Source: Patescibacteria group bacterium (GTDB lineage: Bacteria > Patescibacteriota > Patescibacteriia > 2-01-FULL-39-33). From it: a stretch of DNA of 32,000 nucleotides. Below the pieces are notes generated by a model. It was not told where the DNA came from. It saw only the letters and a list, made by a program, of their open reading frames with translations, and searched no databases. Both the position numbers and the translations under genes were made by a program. The stretch covers positions 30,001 through 62,000 of the forward strand of contig JBAZRV010000005.1 in assembly GCA_041662745.1 (NCBI GenBank), given 5' to 3'. Below are positions 8,130 to 15,776 of this stretch, piece by piece (the stretch's first letter is position 1; each line of letters begins with the position of its first letter).

Positions 8130-9326
8130 TTATTCCGCGTCAGCCACTTTTTCCAGAATCTCTTCGGCCTTGGCTTCAACAGCGCTTCCATCGGCCAAGA
8201 AATACTTGCCCTTGTCGTTGCGCTTGATATTGTCATGATTCATTAAGGCCAAATAAACGGTGGAGCGTTTGACATTGCGGCGTTCCAAAACCTTATCAAT
8301 GACTTGATCCTTGGCCAGGGGGCCTTCTTCTTTTAAAATATCAATAATAACGTCAGCTACATTGCCCGGGCGGTAACCCCATTCAGACAGGGCATAAATG
8401 CCGCGGCCGACCAAAACGTATTTCGGATCAAGGATTAATTCATTGTGAACGGTCGGAGCGTAAGCGATTTTGCCGTCAAAAGCATTCTTGTTTATTTCTG
8501 AAGCGATTTCAGTGAAATGCATAGGACGACCGGCCTTCTTCAGGGTCAAATAAATCTTATCGTTGATCTTCTTCGGCTTGACAATGCCCCAAGAGATCAA
8601 GCCCCAATTGTCAAAAATATCCTGTTGGATTTTTCTGGAAGCGCGCAAATAGCTTTCCAAAATCTTGTCAATATCCTCATCGGTAGCCTCTAACATGGTA
8701 GTCAAAGACAAAATCCGATCCTTGTTTTCATTATAGAAGCCGGAGTTCTTAAAACGATTCAAGAGTTCGATCAAACTGACGGGTTCTCCGTTTTTCTCAA
8801 TAATGCCGACCAGCTCGCTGATAACGCGTTTTAAAAAGTCGGTATCGGCAGAGCCTAAACGCCATAAATGATTGAATTCTTTATCCTGACCGACTTTATT
8901 AATGCGATCGGAAAAGATATGTTCAGCCAAAAACAACAAAGAATTCTCACTCTCCGGATGGGCGTTTAAATAATTAAGGACGTTTTCCAAGAAAAAAGCT
9001 TCTTCCATGACACCGCCGTATTGTTCCAAAAGCTGGGAAACTACGCCTTCGGCCTCGCGAATCTCATCCTTAAGATCGCGCAAATCCTTGAGCTTTTTGA
9101 TAGACAGGTTTTCAATCTGTCTGACGCGCTCGCGGGTAATGCCGTAAACCTGGCCGATTTCTTCCAGGGTATGCTTTTTATCAACGCCTAAGCCAAAGCG
9201 CTTTCTAACAACGTCCCGTTCCTTTTCGGACAGGTTATTGAATAAGGTGTTGATCACATCGACCGGATTAAAGGCGGATAAACCGTCCTTAAACTTGTTT
9301 TTTCTGACTTGATCCAAGATGGACAT
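8130..9326 (-). CDS. RNA polymerase sigma-70 region 4-like protein with C-terminal HARE-HTH-like regulatory domain (ORF track start at 9362; I prefer 9326)
   Basis: NNLSEKERDVVRKRFGLGVDKKHTLEEIGQVYGITRERVRQIENLSIKKLKDL (sigma region 4); C-terminus KKAGRPMHFTEIASEINKNAF...VLVGRGIYALSEWGYRPGNVADVIIDILKEEGPL. Confidence 0.85.
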   Translation of the reverse strand: MSILDQVRKNKFKDGLSAFNPVDVINTLFNNLSEKERDVVRKRFGLGVDKKHTLEEIGQVYGITRERVRQIENLSIKKLKDLRDLKDEIREAEGVVSQLLEQYGGVMEEAFFLENVLNYLNAHPESENSLLFLAEHIFSDRINKVGQDKEFNHLWRLGSADTDFLKRVISELVGIIEKNGEPVSLIELLNRFKNSGFYNENKDRILSLTTMLEATDEDIDKILESYLRASRKIQQDIFDNWGLISWGIVKPKKINDKIYLTLKKAGRPMHFTEIASEINKNAFDGKIAYAPTVHNELILDPKYVLVGRGIYALSEWGYRPGNVADVIIDILKEEGPLAKDQVIDKVLERRNVKRSTVYLALMNHDNIKRNDKGKYFLADGSAVEAKAEEILEKVADAE

Positions 9327-9343
9327 ATGATAATTAATATTGA

Positions 9344-9372
9344 ATATTAAACTAATCGCCAATTATTGTCAA
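9344..9372 (-). promoter_or_regulatory. Sigma-70-type promoter: TTGACA (9372-9367), 17 bp spacer, TAATAT (9349-9344)
   Basis: Read on the minus strand; located between the ORF-track start codon and the internal ATG at 9326. Confidence 0.55.
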
Positions 9373-9516
9373 TGGGAGTAATTTGATTAATTACTTTATT
9401 TTAGCGAAAATTCAATCATTTGTTTTTACCTAAAATTAGCTAAAATTTGACTATAACTGATTCTTATGCCTTAATTATATCAAAAATATTGGTAATTGTC
9501 AATAGTGTAAAAAAAT

Positions 9517-9545
9517 AAACCCCGAAAACCAACTTCGGGGTTTAT
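9517..9545 (-). terminator. Rho-independent terminator downstream of mltG
   Basis: Minus strand ATAAACCCCGAAGTTGGTTTTCGGGGTTTATTTTTTT. Confidence 0.85.
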
Positions 9546-9562
9546 ATCCAGCTCTCTTCCGC

Positions 9563-10561
9563 TTAATTCTCCAAATACTTGACAATATTCTGCTGATGCT
9601 CGGCGTAAGTCCGGCCGAAATGCGCGCGACCTTCGCTGTCAGTCAAAAAATAATAGTACTGATTGGGTTGGGAATAAATCACGGCGTTAAGAGAAGCCAA
9701 ACCGGGATTAGAAATCGGTCCGGGCGGCAAACCGCGGTACTTATACGTATTATAAGGGCTGTTGATTTGCAAATCGGCGTAAGTCGGGCGCGGAGATTTT
9801 TTGCCGGTAGCGTAATTAACGGTGGCGTCAGACTGCAAACCGATTCCCTGTTTCAAACGATTAAGAAAGATCGCGGCAATAACCCGGCGATCATCGTCAA
9901 ACAACGCTTCACGCTCCACAATTGATGCCAAAATCAAAGCGTCATAAAAACTGGCATTATCCTTGGGCGCGTCAAAGCGCATCTGCGCCGTGACCTGGCG
10001 GTCAAAGTTATCCAGCATTTTCTTAATGGCATCTTCCGGCTTGGCATCGCTAAAAATCCGATAAGTATCGGGAAACAAAAATCCTTCCAACGACTTGATG
10101 CGCTTATCCTGCAGAAAAACATATTGGTCGCGCCAATTGTCTATGGCGCTGGCAGAAGCAAACGCCTGTTCATCGGCGATCCCCCGCTCCTTAAAATAGG
10201 CGGCGATGTCCTTAATTTTCCAACCCTCAATAATGGTAATGGTAAGTTCGCGGTCAATATTAGTGTTACTGGTCAATTGGCGAATAATGGATTTGATGGA
10301 GGAATGCGCTTCAACTTGATGCGTGCCGGCCACCAAACGGCTGTCCGCTTTGGTCAACTTGGCATACAGCCTAAAAGTAAAAATGCTGGCTATCAATCCC
10401 CGACTCCGAAGCGTTTGAGCGATTTCACCAGCGCCGACGCCGGATTCAATTTTAACGGTCGTTGCCTGCGCCAAGTCATTATGACGGCTAAAGGAATAGA
10501 AAAACCATGAAACCGTTAAGACAATAACAACCAAAAAAGCAACGATTGCCTTCTTTAACAT
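9563..10561 (-). CDS. mltG: Endolytic murein transglycosylase MltG (YceG-like), 332 aa
   Basis: LEGFLFPDTYRI, ILASIVEREA, VAAIFLNRLKQGIGLQSDATVNYA, YNTYKYRGLPPGPISNPGLASLNAVI, YYYFLTDSEGRAHFGRTYAEH. Confidence 0.95.
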   Translation of the reverse strand: MLKKAIVAFLVVIVLTVSWFFYSFSRHNDLAQATTVKIESGVGAGEIAQTLRSRGLIASIFTFRLYAKLTKADSRLVAGTHQVEAHSSIKSIIRQLTSNTNIDRELTITIIEGWKIKDIAAYFKERGIADEQAFASASAIDNWRDQYVFLQDKRIKSLEGFLFPDTYRIFSDAKPEDAIKKMLDNFDRQVTAQMRFDAPKDNASFYDALILASIVEREALFDDDRRVIAAIFLNRLKQGIGLQSDATVNYATGKKSPRPTYADLQINSPYNTYKYRGLPPGPISNPGLASLNAVIYSQPNQYYYFLTDSEGRAHFGRTYAEHQQNIVKYLEN

Positions 10562-10647
10562 AATAAATAATTGATTAATAATATTTGATATTGTAACAAA
10601 AACAACGGCTTAAGTCCATGCCTTTAGTCTTGAACCGGCAATTATGA

Positions 10648-10653
10648 TATAAT
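10648..10653 (+). promoter_or_regulatory. TATAAT -10 hexamer immediately upstream of the CAP-domain gene
   Basis: gatataattatcttaATG; 7 bp between the hexamer and the start codon at 10661; no clear -35. Confidence 0.4.
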
Positions 10654-10660
10654 TATCTTA

Positions 10661-11548
10661 ATGAAGGCGAACAAAAAACAATTAATCTTGCTTGGAGCGG
10701 CGATAGCTATCGGCGTCGGTTATTTGGCTTTAAGCGGCGTCATGCGGCTGGGCAAAGCCGTCCAGGCCGAAGAAAACCCGGCGGCGGCCCAAGAGATAGT
10801 CCAGCTGACCAATACTTATCGCCAGAGCTTGGAGCTTAACGATCTCAGCGTCAATCCCCGCTTGACCCAAGCGGCCATTGATCGCGCCAAAGACATTCTG
10901 GCCAAACAATACTTCGGCCATATTTCGCCGGACGGAAAAAAATTCTCCGATTGGGTCAAGGATACGGGCTACAAATATTTTTATGTCGGTGAAAACTTAG
11001 CGATTGACTTCAATAACAGCCAGGAGGTGTTTGAAGCTTGGCTCAAAAGCGACGGCCATCGCCAGAATCTGGAACGCGGAGAATACCAAGAAATCGGAGT
11101 GGCCAGCCTGCGGGGCGAGTTCAAGAACCAACCGACCTCGGTAGTCGTTCAGCTGTTCGGTTCGCGCGTGCTGGGAGCTAATGAACTGAATTTGCCCAAT
11201 ACTGCCGGCGCGGACAATTATTTTCCCGTAGCGCGCAGCTGGTCCATTGAACGGGTCCTGATGGCGATTGATTTTTTCCGCTGGTGGCTTAACTGCCTGA
11301 TTGTCATTATTGTTTTATTGTTGCTTTTGACTTTTTTGCAAACTCCGCCAAAAGACAAAAAAATTATTCAAAAAAAGATTATCCAAAAACCCTCGGCCAA
11401 CTTGGATCGGCCGAAGGCGAGAATAATCAAGGCCAAAAAAATTACGGCTAAAAAACCAGCCAAAGCAAAATCAAACCGGCCAAAATCACCCGGTACCAAG
11501 CGAAAACACCAAGCGAATGGTCAAGCAGATACTTCAATAAGAATTTAA
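10661..11548 (+). CDS. CAP/SCP-domain protein with second transmembrane helix and basic C-terminal tail, 295 aa
   Basis: LTNTYRQSLELNDLSVNPRLTQAAIDRAKDILAKQYFGHISPDGKKFSDWVKDTGYKYFYVGENLAIDF...AWLKSDGHRQNLERGEYQEIGVA; then WWLNCLIVIIVLLLLLTF and a Lys/Arg-rich tail. Confidence 0.88.
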   Translation: MKANKKQLILLGAAIAIGVGYLALSGVMRLGKAVQAEENPAAAQEIVQLTNTYRQSLELNDLSVNPRLTQAAIDRAKDILAKQYFGHISPDGKKFSDWVKDTGYKYFYVGENLAIDFNNSQEVFEAWLKSDGHRQNLERGEYQEIGVASLRGEFKNQPTSVVVQLFGSRVLGANELNLPNTAGADNYFPVARSWSIERVLMAIDFFRWWLNCLIVIIVLLLLLTFLQTPPKDKKIIQKKIIQKPSANLDRPKARIIKAKKITAKKPAKAKSNRPKSPGTKRKHQANGQADTSIRI

Positions 11549-12266
11549 CGGCAAAATAACCGCTAACGGCGGCGGTAACAAATCCGACGGCCAGCAAGGG
11601 CCACTCCGCAACAGTCAATGATTCAATTTGTAACAATGATTTGACGCCGGCGCCCAAAACTACGGGCAAAGACAACAAAAAAGAAAATTTCGCCGCCTGT
11701 TCCCGGGTTAACTTCAACATCAGACCGGCGCAGATGGTAATGCCTGAGCGGGAAGTGCCGGGGATCAAAGCTGTGGCCTGAGCCGCGCCGATAATCAATG
11801 ACTCCCACCACTTTAGCGACTCAGCCGCCCGCAAGCGTTTGGCGTATTTCTCCAGCAACCAAAACAAAACAGCGACGACTATCAGCATAATAGCCACGAC
11901 TAAGGCGGCGGATCTGCCCTCATGAAACACTTGCTCAATAAAATCATTAAAAAAATAACCGGCCAGCACGGCGGGAATCGTACCGATGATAATCAACCAA
12001 GCTAAGCGCTGATTGCTGTCGCCGTTTAAATTCCATTTAACCAAGCTGGAGAAAAACCCCTTGATCAAGCGAATGATATCGCGCCAAAAAAATACCAACA
12101 GCGACGAAAATGTTCCCAAATGAAGCACGACGTCAAAAGTCAGATTGTCCGGCAGATTAAACCGCAAAATTTCATGCAGTAAAACCAAGTGGCCGGAACT
12201 GGAAATGGGCAAAAATTCCGCCACGCCCTGAATCAAGCCGGCCAAAATCGCTAATAAATAATTCAT
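11448..12266 (-). CDS. uppP: Undecaprenyl-diphosphatase UppP/BacA, 272 aa
   Basis: GLIQGVAEFLPISSSGHLVLL and ALIPGTSRSGITI family motifs. Confidence 0.95.
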   Translation of the reverse strand: MNYLLAILAGLIQGVAEFLPISSSGHLVLLHEILRFNLPDNLTFDVVLHLGTFSSLLVFFWRDIIRLIKGFFSSLVKWNLNGDSNQRLAWLIIIGTIPAVLAGYFFNDFIEQVFHEGRSAALVVAIMLIVVAVLFWLLEKYAKRLRAAESLKWWESLIIGAAQATALIPGTSRSGITICAGLMLKLTREQAAKFSFLLSLPVVLGAGVKSLLQIESLTVAEWPLLAVGFVTAAVSGYFAVKFLLKYLLDHSLGVFAWYRVILAGLILLWLVF

Positions 12267-12306
12267 AAAACAAAAAACCTAATAATAATTTATTAATAAT
12301 AATTTT

Positions 12307-12738
12307 ATGTACCTGCTAATCATTATCCCCGTACTGGCCGCGCTTATCGCCCAAGTTGTCAAATTAAGCATTGACGGCATCAACCGCAATCTTAATTGGC
12401 GCCACATGTTTGCCGATTACGGCGGTATGCCCTCTTCCCATGCGGCTTTTGTTTCCGCCCTGGCTACGGTGATAGCGCTTCGCGAGGGTTTGGATTCCGC
12501 CGTTTTTGCCGTGGCTCTGGTTTTAACGGTTATAGTATTGCGCGATGCCATCGGCTTTAGGCGGGAAATCGGCAAAAACGCCACCCTGACCAACACCATC
12601 GCCAAAGAAATTTTTCCGGAAAATCCGGAAGTGCTGATACGTGAACGCATCGGCCATACCGCACTGGAAGCGGCTGTCGGTCTGATTTTCGGCGTTATCT
12701 TGGCGCTGATTCTTTATGCTCTTCTCGCTACGGCTTAA
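12307..12738 (+). CDS. DUF212/YuiD-like divergent PAP2 family membrane protein, 143 aa
   Basis: DYGGMPSSHAAFVSALATVIALREG...VLRDAIGFRREIGKNA...LIRERIGHTALEAAVGLIFG. Confidence 0.85.
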   Translation: MYLLIIIPVLAALIAQVVKLSIDGINRNLNWRHMFADYGGMPSSHAAFVSALATVIALREGLDSAVFAVALVLTVIVLRDAIGFRREIGKNATLTNTIAKEIFPENPEVLIRERIGHTALEAAVGLIFGVILALILYALLATA

Positions 12739-12753
12739 TTTCGTCGCGCCAGC

Positions 12754-12782
12754 TTGACATTATTAAAATACCATATTAATAT
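12754..12782 (+). promoter_or_regulatory. Promoter-like: TTGACA (12754-12759), 17 bp spacer, TAATAT (12777-12782)
   Basis: Exact -35 consensus with ideal spacing, weaker -10, upstream of the 12840 ORF. Confidence 0.45.
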
Positions 12783-12839
12783 GAGTCGAGCAAACCGCCG
12801 GAACATTCAAACTTAAAAAACCAAACAGGAGGACAAATC

Positions 12840-13124
12840 ATGGCTTTAGTGCGAGAGTGCAGTTTCTGCAATATGGATAAGGTGATTATGGATCATGAAC
12901 TGAACCTTTGCAGTGCTTGCTGTGAGCTGGTAAGCAAACGAAAGAAAGCTGAACTGGCAGTATATCTATATTGTTTTTGCCGTCTCTGCAGAAAATCCAT
13001 CACCAAGGAGGACAAGCACTTCGCTGTTTGCAAGTCCTGCGCCAAAAAAATCAGAAAAAACCGGAAAAAGATATTGCGCCGGGCAGCTAAAGACAAAAAA
13101 CAAGGTAGAATGAGATTCGCCTAA
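12840..13124 (+). CDS. Small protein with two C-x2-C-x13-C-x2-C zinc-binding-like modules and basic C-terminus, 94 aa
   Basis: CSFCNMDKVIMDHELNLCSAC and CRLCRKSITKEDKHFAVCKSC; RBS aacaggaggacaaatcATG. Confidence 0.75.
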   Translation: MALVRECSFCNMDKVIMDHELNLCSACCELVSKRKKAELAVYLYCFCRLCRKSITKEDKHFAVCKSCAKKIRKNRKKILRRAAKDKKQGRMRFA

Positions 13125-13223
13125 AACAAAAACTTGAAACGGGAAGAAGGCCCGGAGATGAGTAAAGAAAAATACGTTCAGCCGGAACAACCCCCGATCA
13201 ATAACACACACCATCGCACCTTT

Positions 13224-13254
13224 ACACATCCTGACGGGATGTGTTTTATTTTTG
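13224..13254 (+). terminator. Rho-independent terminator overlapping the 3' end of mutM
   Basis: acacatcctgacgggatgtgttttattttt. Confidence 0.75.
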
Positions 13255-14106
13255 GCAACCGGGGCAGAAATGCGTGCCGCGGCCGCCCAACCTAATCTTA
13301 TGAACCGTTCCGCCGCAACGCCGGCATTTCTTCCCGGCTCGCCCGTAAACTTTCAAAAACTTCATCATGCCACCCTCTGCGCCGGAAGTCGTCACGTAAG
13401 TATCGGCAGAAGTGCCCTTTTTACTAATGGATAATTTGAGGATGCGGGGTATGGCCTTAAATAAATCCTTGATTTCTTTTTCCGTCAATTTGTTGGCCGG
13501 ACGAGTCGGCAACACCTTAGCCGCAAAACACACTTCATCAGCATAAATATTGCCTATGCCGGCAATAAGCGCCTGATCCATCAGCAATTGTTTGATTTTG
13601 CGATTAGGATAACGTTTTAGTTTTTCCTTAAAAGCCGAGAAAGTAAAATCCTTAGACAACGGTTCCAGTCCATACTTGCCTGTTTCACTTTCATACAATT
13701 TTTTGTCAGCAAACTTAATCCAGCCGAAGCGACGGATATCATTAAAAAACAAATGGCTTTTATCGGTGAACTCAAACATCGCCCGGGTAAACTTGGTAGG
13801 CAATTCGCCCCGAAAAGCAATGGGATGACCGCCGGCCAAACCCTTGCCGCGACGATCGCGAAACACCAGTTGTCCGGTCATCTTAAGATGGATCAGCAGA
13901 TGCTTATCGCCGCTAAGATTGATGATGATCATTTTGGCGCGGCGAGCCACGCCTAAAATTTTCTTGCCTTTAACCGACTGAACAAATTTTTTGTTCATCG
14001 GCCGGACCGACTTGTATTTAAACACTTGGACGCTTTTAATCGTCTTGCGTTTTATCTTCTCATTCAGTTCGCTGACAATGGTTTGCACCTCGGGCAATTC
14101 GGGCAT
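13246..14106 (-). CDS. mutM: Formamidopyrimidine-DNA glycosylase, 286 aa
   Basis: MPELPEVQTI N-terminus, LLMDQALIAGIGNIYADEVCF, C-terminal zinc finger CRRCGGTVHKIRLGGRGTHFCPGCQK. Confidence 0.96.
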   Translation of the reverse strand: MPELPEVQTIVSELNEKIKRKTIKSVQVFKYKSVRPMNKKFVQSVKGKKILGVARRAKMIIINLSGDKHLLIHLKMTGQLVFRDRRGKGLAGGHPIAFRGELPTKFTRAMFEFTDKSHLFFNDIRRFGWIKFADKKLYESETGKYGLEPLSKDFTFSAFKEKLKRYPNRKIKQLLMDQALIAGIGNIYADEVCFAAKVLPTRPANKLTEKEIKDLFKAIPRILKLSISKKGTSADTYVTTSGAEGGMMKFLKVYGRAGKKCRRCGGTVHKIRLGGRGTHFCPGCQK

Positions 14107-14142
14107 AAAATTATTTTATATCGTCAGTTTAACATTTTTCAA

Positions 14143-14179
14143 CTAAAAACAAAAGTCGCTTGCTACTGTGGAAGCGACT
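14143..14179 (-). terminator. Probable Rho-independent terminator downstream of the NUDIX gene
   Basis: Minus strand AGTCGCTTCCACAGTAGCAAGCGACTTTTGTTTTTAG. Confidence 0.65.
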
Positions 14180-14196
14180 GTATTGTACGATTATTT

Positions 14197-14673
14197 CTAA
14201 CTCAGCAACCTGCGTTGCCAGACTTCCTGAAGGCACTCCGCCTCATCCGGCACCAAGTCGGAACGCTTCAAGGCATCTGCTACCGGCAGCCAACGCCACT
14301 CCGTATGTTCGCGTTGATTAAGCAGTGGAAGCGGAGATTCCTGATCCTTGGGCCATTCGGCAGAAAACGTAAAATACAAAAAATCATAATCCGGATACCG
14401 GACGAAACGCGGTCCCAAGCAATACATCCGACTGCTTATGTCCGCTGGAAGAACTATGCCGGTCTCTTCTGCCAATTCCCGATTAAGCGCTTGAATAATG
14501 CTTTCACCGGAATCCATCTTGCCGCCGGGCACGCACCACAAACCTCCATAAGGTTTAAGGGGGTGGCGTTTAAGCATCAAGACAAGCTTGCCATAAAACA
14601 AATAACAACCGACGACTGCGAACTTGGGCTTGAAATTGAAAAGATCTTCCAAGGACTTAATAATCATGGACAC
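14197..14673 (-). CDS. NUDIX hydrolase, 158 aa
   Basis: NUDIX box GGKMDSGESIIQALNRELAEETGI. Confidence 0.93.
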   Translation of the reverse strand: MSMIIKSLEDLFNFKPKFAVVGCYLFYGKLVLMLKRHPLKPYGGLWCVPGGKMDSGESIIQALNRELAEETGIVLPADISSRMYCLGPRFVRYPDYDFLYFTFSAEWPKDQESPLPLLNQREHTEWRWLPVADALKRSDLVPDEAECLQEVWQRRLLS

Positions 14674-14785
14674 TCTCCTTCTTGCCTTATTGCTATATTT
14701 AAAATCCTATTAGTTTTAATACCTTAATCAAATCTCGGCCGGATGTCAACAAAATTAAGCTATAATTGCAATTACATTTTATTTA

Positions 14786-14814
14786 TTGACAAAAGTCTTA
14801 CGGCATGCTATAAT
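14786..14814 (+). promoter_or_regulatory. Perfect consensus sigma-70 promoter: TTGACA, 17 bp, TATAAT
   Basis: ttgacaaaagtcttacggcatgctataat read directly; leader of about 65 nt to the ATG at 14886. Confidence 0.8.
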
Positions 14815-14885
14815 ACTATGAATAGTTTAATACCAAATGCAGAATATGGCAGAATTAGCTGAAAAATGAACAAAAGGAGAAAGCG

Positions 14886-15386
14886 ATGCTCTTTAAAATC
14901 GACCAGTGGCTATTAGGACTCTTTGAACGCAACAGTAATGCCCTAACCCGATTAACGGGGAAAAATAATTACTTCTGGGCGCGGGTCGTGCTATTTTTAT
15001 CGACCGTAATGGTCTTTTTCGCTGTCAATAACAGCGACTACGAGAAATTCTCGTTAATTTTTATTGTATCTTTTTCCGCATCAATAATTGAGATTTATTG
15101 GCTAGAGCGGATAGCCTTGAGTAAGATTTCACCGAATATTGCCAACCCCCTAAAGATCGGCGACTTTGCCTGCTTAAGGATTGTGGCCGGATTGTTATTA
15201 CTATTGACGCTGTTTATGGCTCTAGTGGAGATGTCGTCAACTAACCGTTTGGATGACCCGATACTAACCTGCGGTCTTTGGCTGTTTCTATGCTCTCTGT
15301 GGGTTTTTCTCTACCTCGTTTCCTGCGACTGCGACGCCGCAGTAAGCGCCATTTCCCCCGAATCCGAACAAACGGAAAGGAAATAA
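14886..15386 (+). CDS. Hypothetical multi-pass membrane protein, 166 aa
   Basis: RBS aacaaaaggagaaagcgATG; several hydrophobic helices. Confidence 0.7.
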   Translation: MLFKIDQWLLGLFERNSNALTRLTGKNNYFWARVVLFLSTVMVFFAVNNSDYEKFSLIFIVSFSASIIEIYWLERIALSKISPNIANPLKIGDFACLRIVAGLLLLLTLFMALVEMSSTNRLDDPILTCGLWLFLCSLWVFLYLVSCDCDAAVSAISPESEQTERK

Positions 15387-15391
15387 CAGTT

Positions 15392-15649
15392 ATGAAAAAT
15401 CGGCTGGTAATTTGGCTGGGTGTGTGGATCGCGTTCATGGTCTTGTTGTTTACAATCATGAAATTGGATCTTTGGTCCAATCCTTGGCTCTACGAGATAG
15501 TAGATCAATGGAAGTGGTATAATTTTATTACTTCGCACCACGGCCTAACAGCGCTTTATATCCAGCACAATTCAGTCTGGCTGGTAGTGTTCCCTGCATC
15601 AACACTGCTATTCTCGGGACTGGCAATACTGGATTGCCAGAGAAAATAA
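15392..15649 (+). CDS. Hypothetical small membrane protein, 85 aa
   Basis: Internal ATG of the 15278-15649 ORF: MKNRLVIWLGVWIAFMVLLFTIMKLDLW; preceded by ggaaaggaaataacagtt; 5 bp after the previous stop. Confidence 0.65.
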   Translation: MKNRLVIWLGVWIAFMVLLFTIMKLDLWSNPWLYEIVDQWKWYNFITSHHGLTALYIQHNSVWLVVFPASTLLFSGLAILDCQRK

Positions 15650-15668
15650 ACGCACAAACAAACAAACA

Positions 15669-15696
15669 ACCGCCCGGCTTAAGGCCGTGGCGGTTT
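15669..15696 (+). terminator. Rho-independent terminator
   Basis: accgcccggcttaaggccgtggcggttttcatttt. Confidence 0.75.
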
Positions 15697-15776
15697 TCAT
15701 TTTCCATACAATTTCTTCGTTACTGGGACATCCCAATCAGACTTTTTAAAATTTTTGAAAAAATATTGTATCCGCA

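Noticed and set aside
13158-13296. Short ORF MSKEKYVQPEQPPINNTHHRTFTHPDG... after the zinc-ribbon gene
   Set aside because: Runs through the terminator hairpin and into the antisense of mutM; unlikely to be a real gene.
14026-14727. 233-aa plus-strand ORF
   Set aside because: Antisense to the NUDIX hydrolase and to the mutM start; NUDIX box is unambiguous on the other strand.
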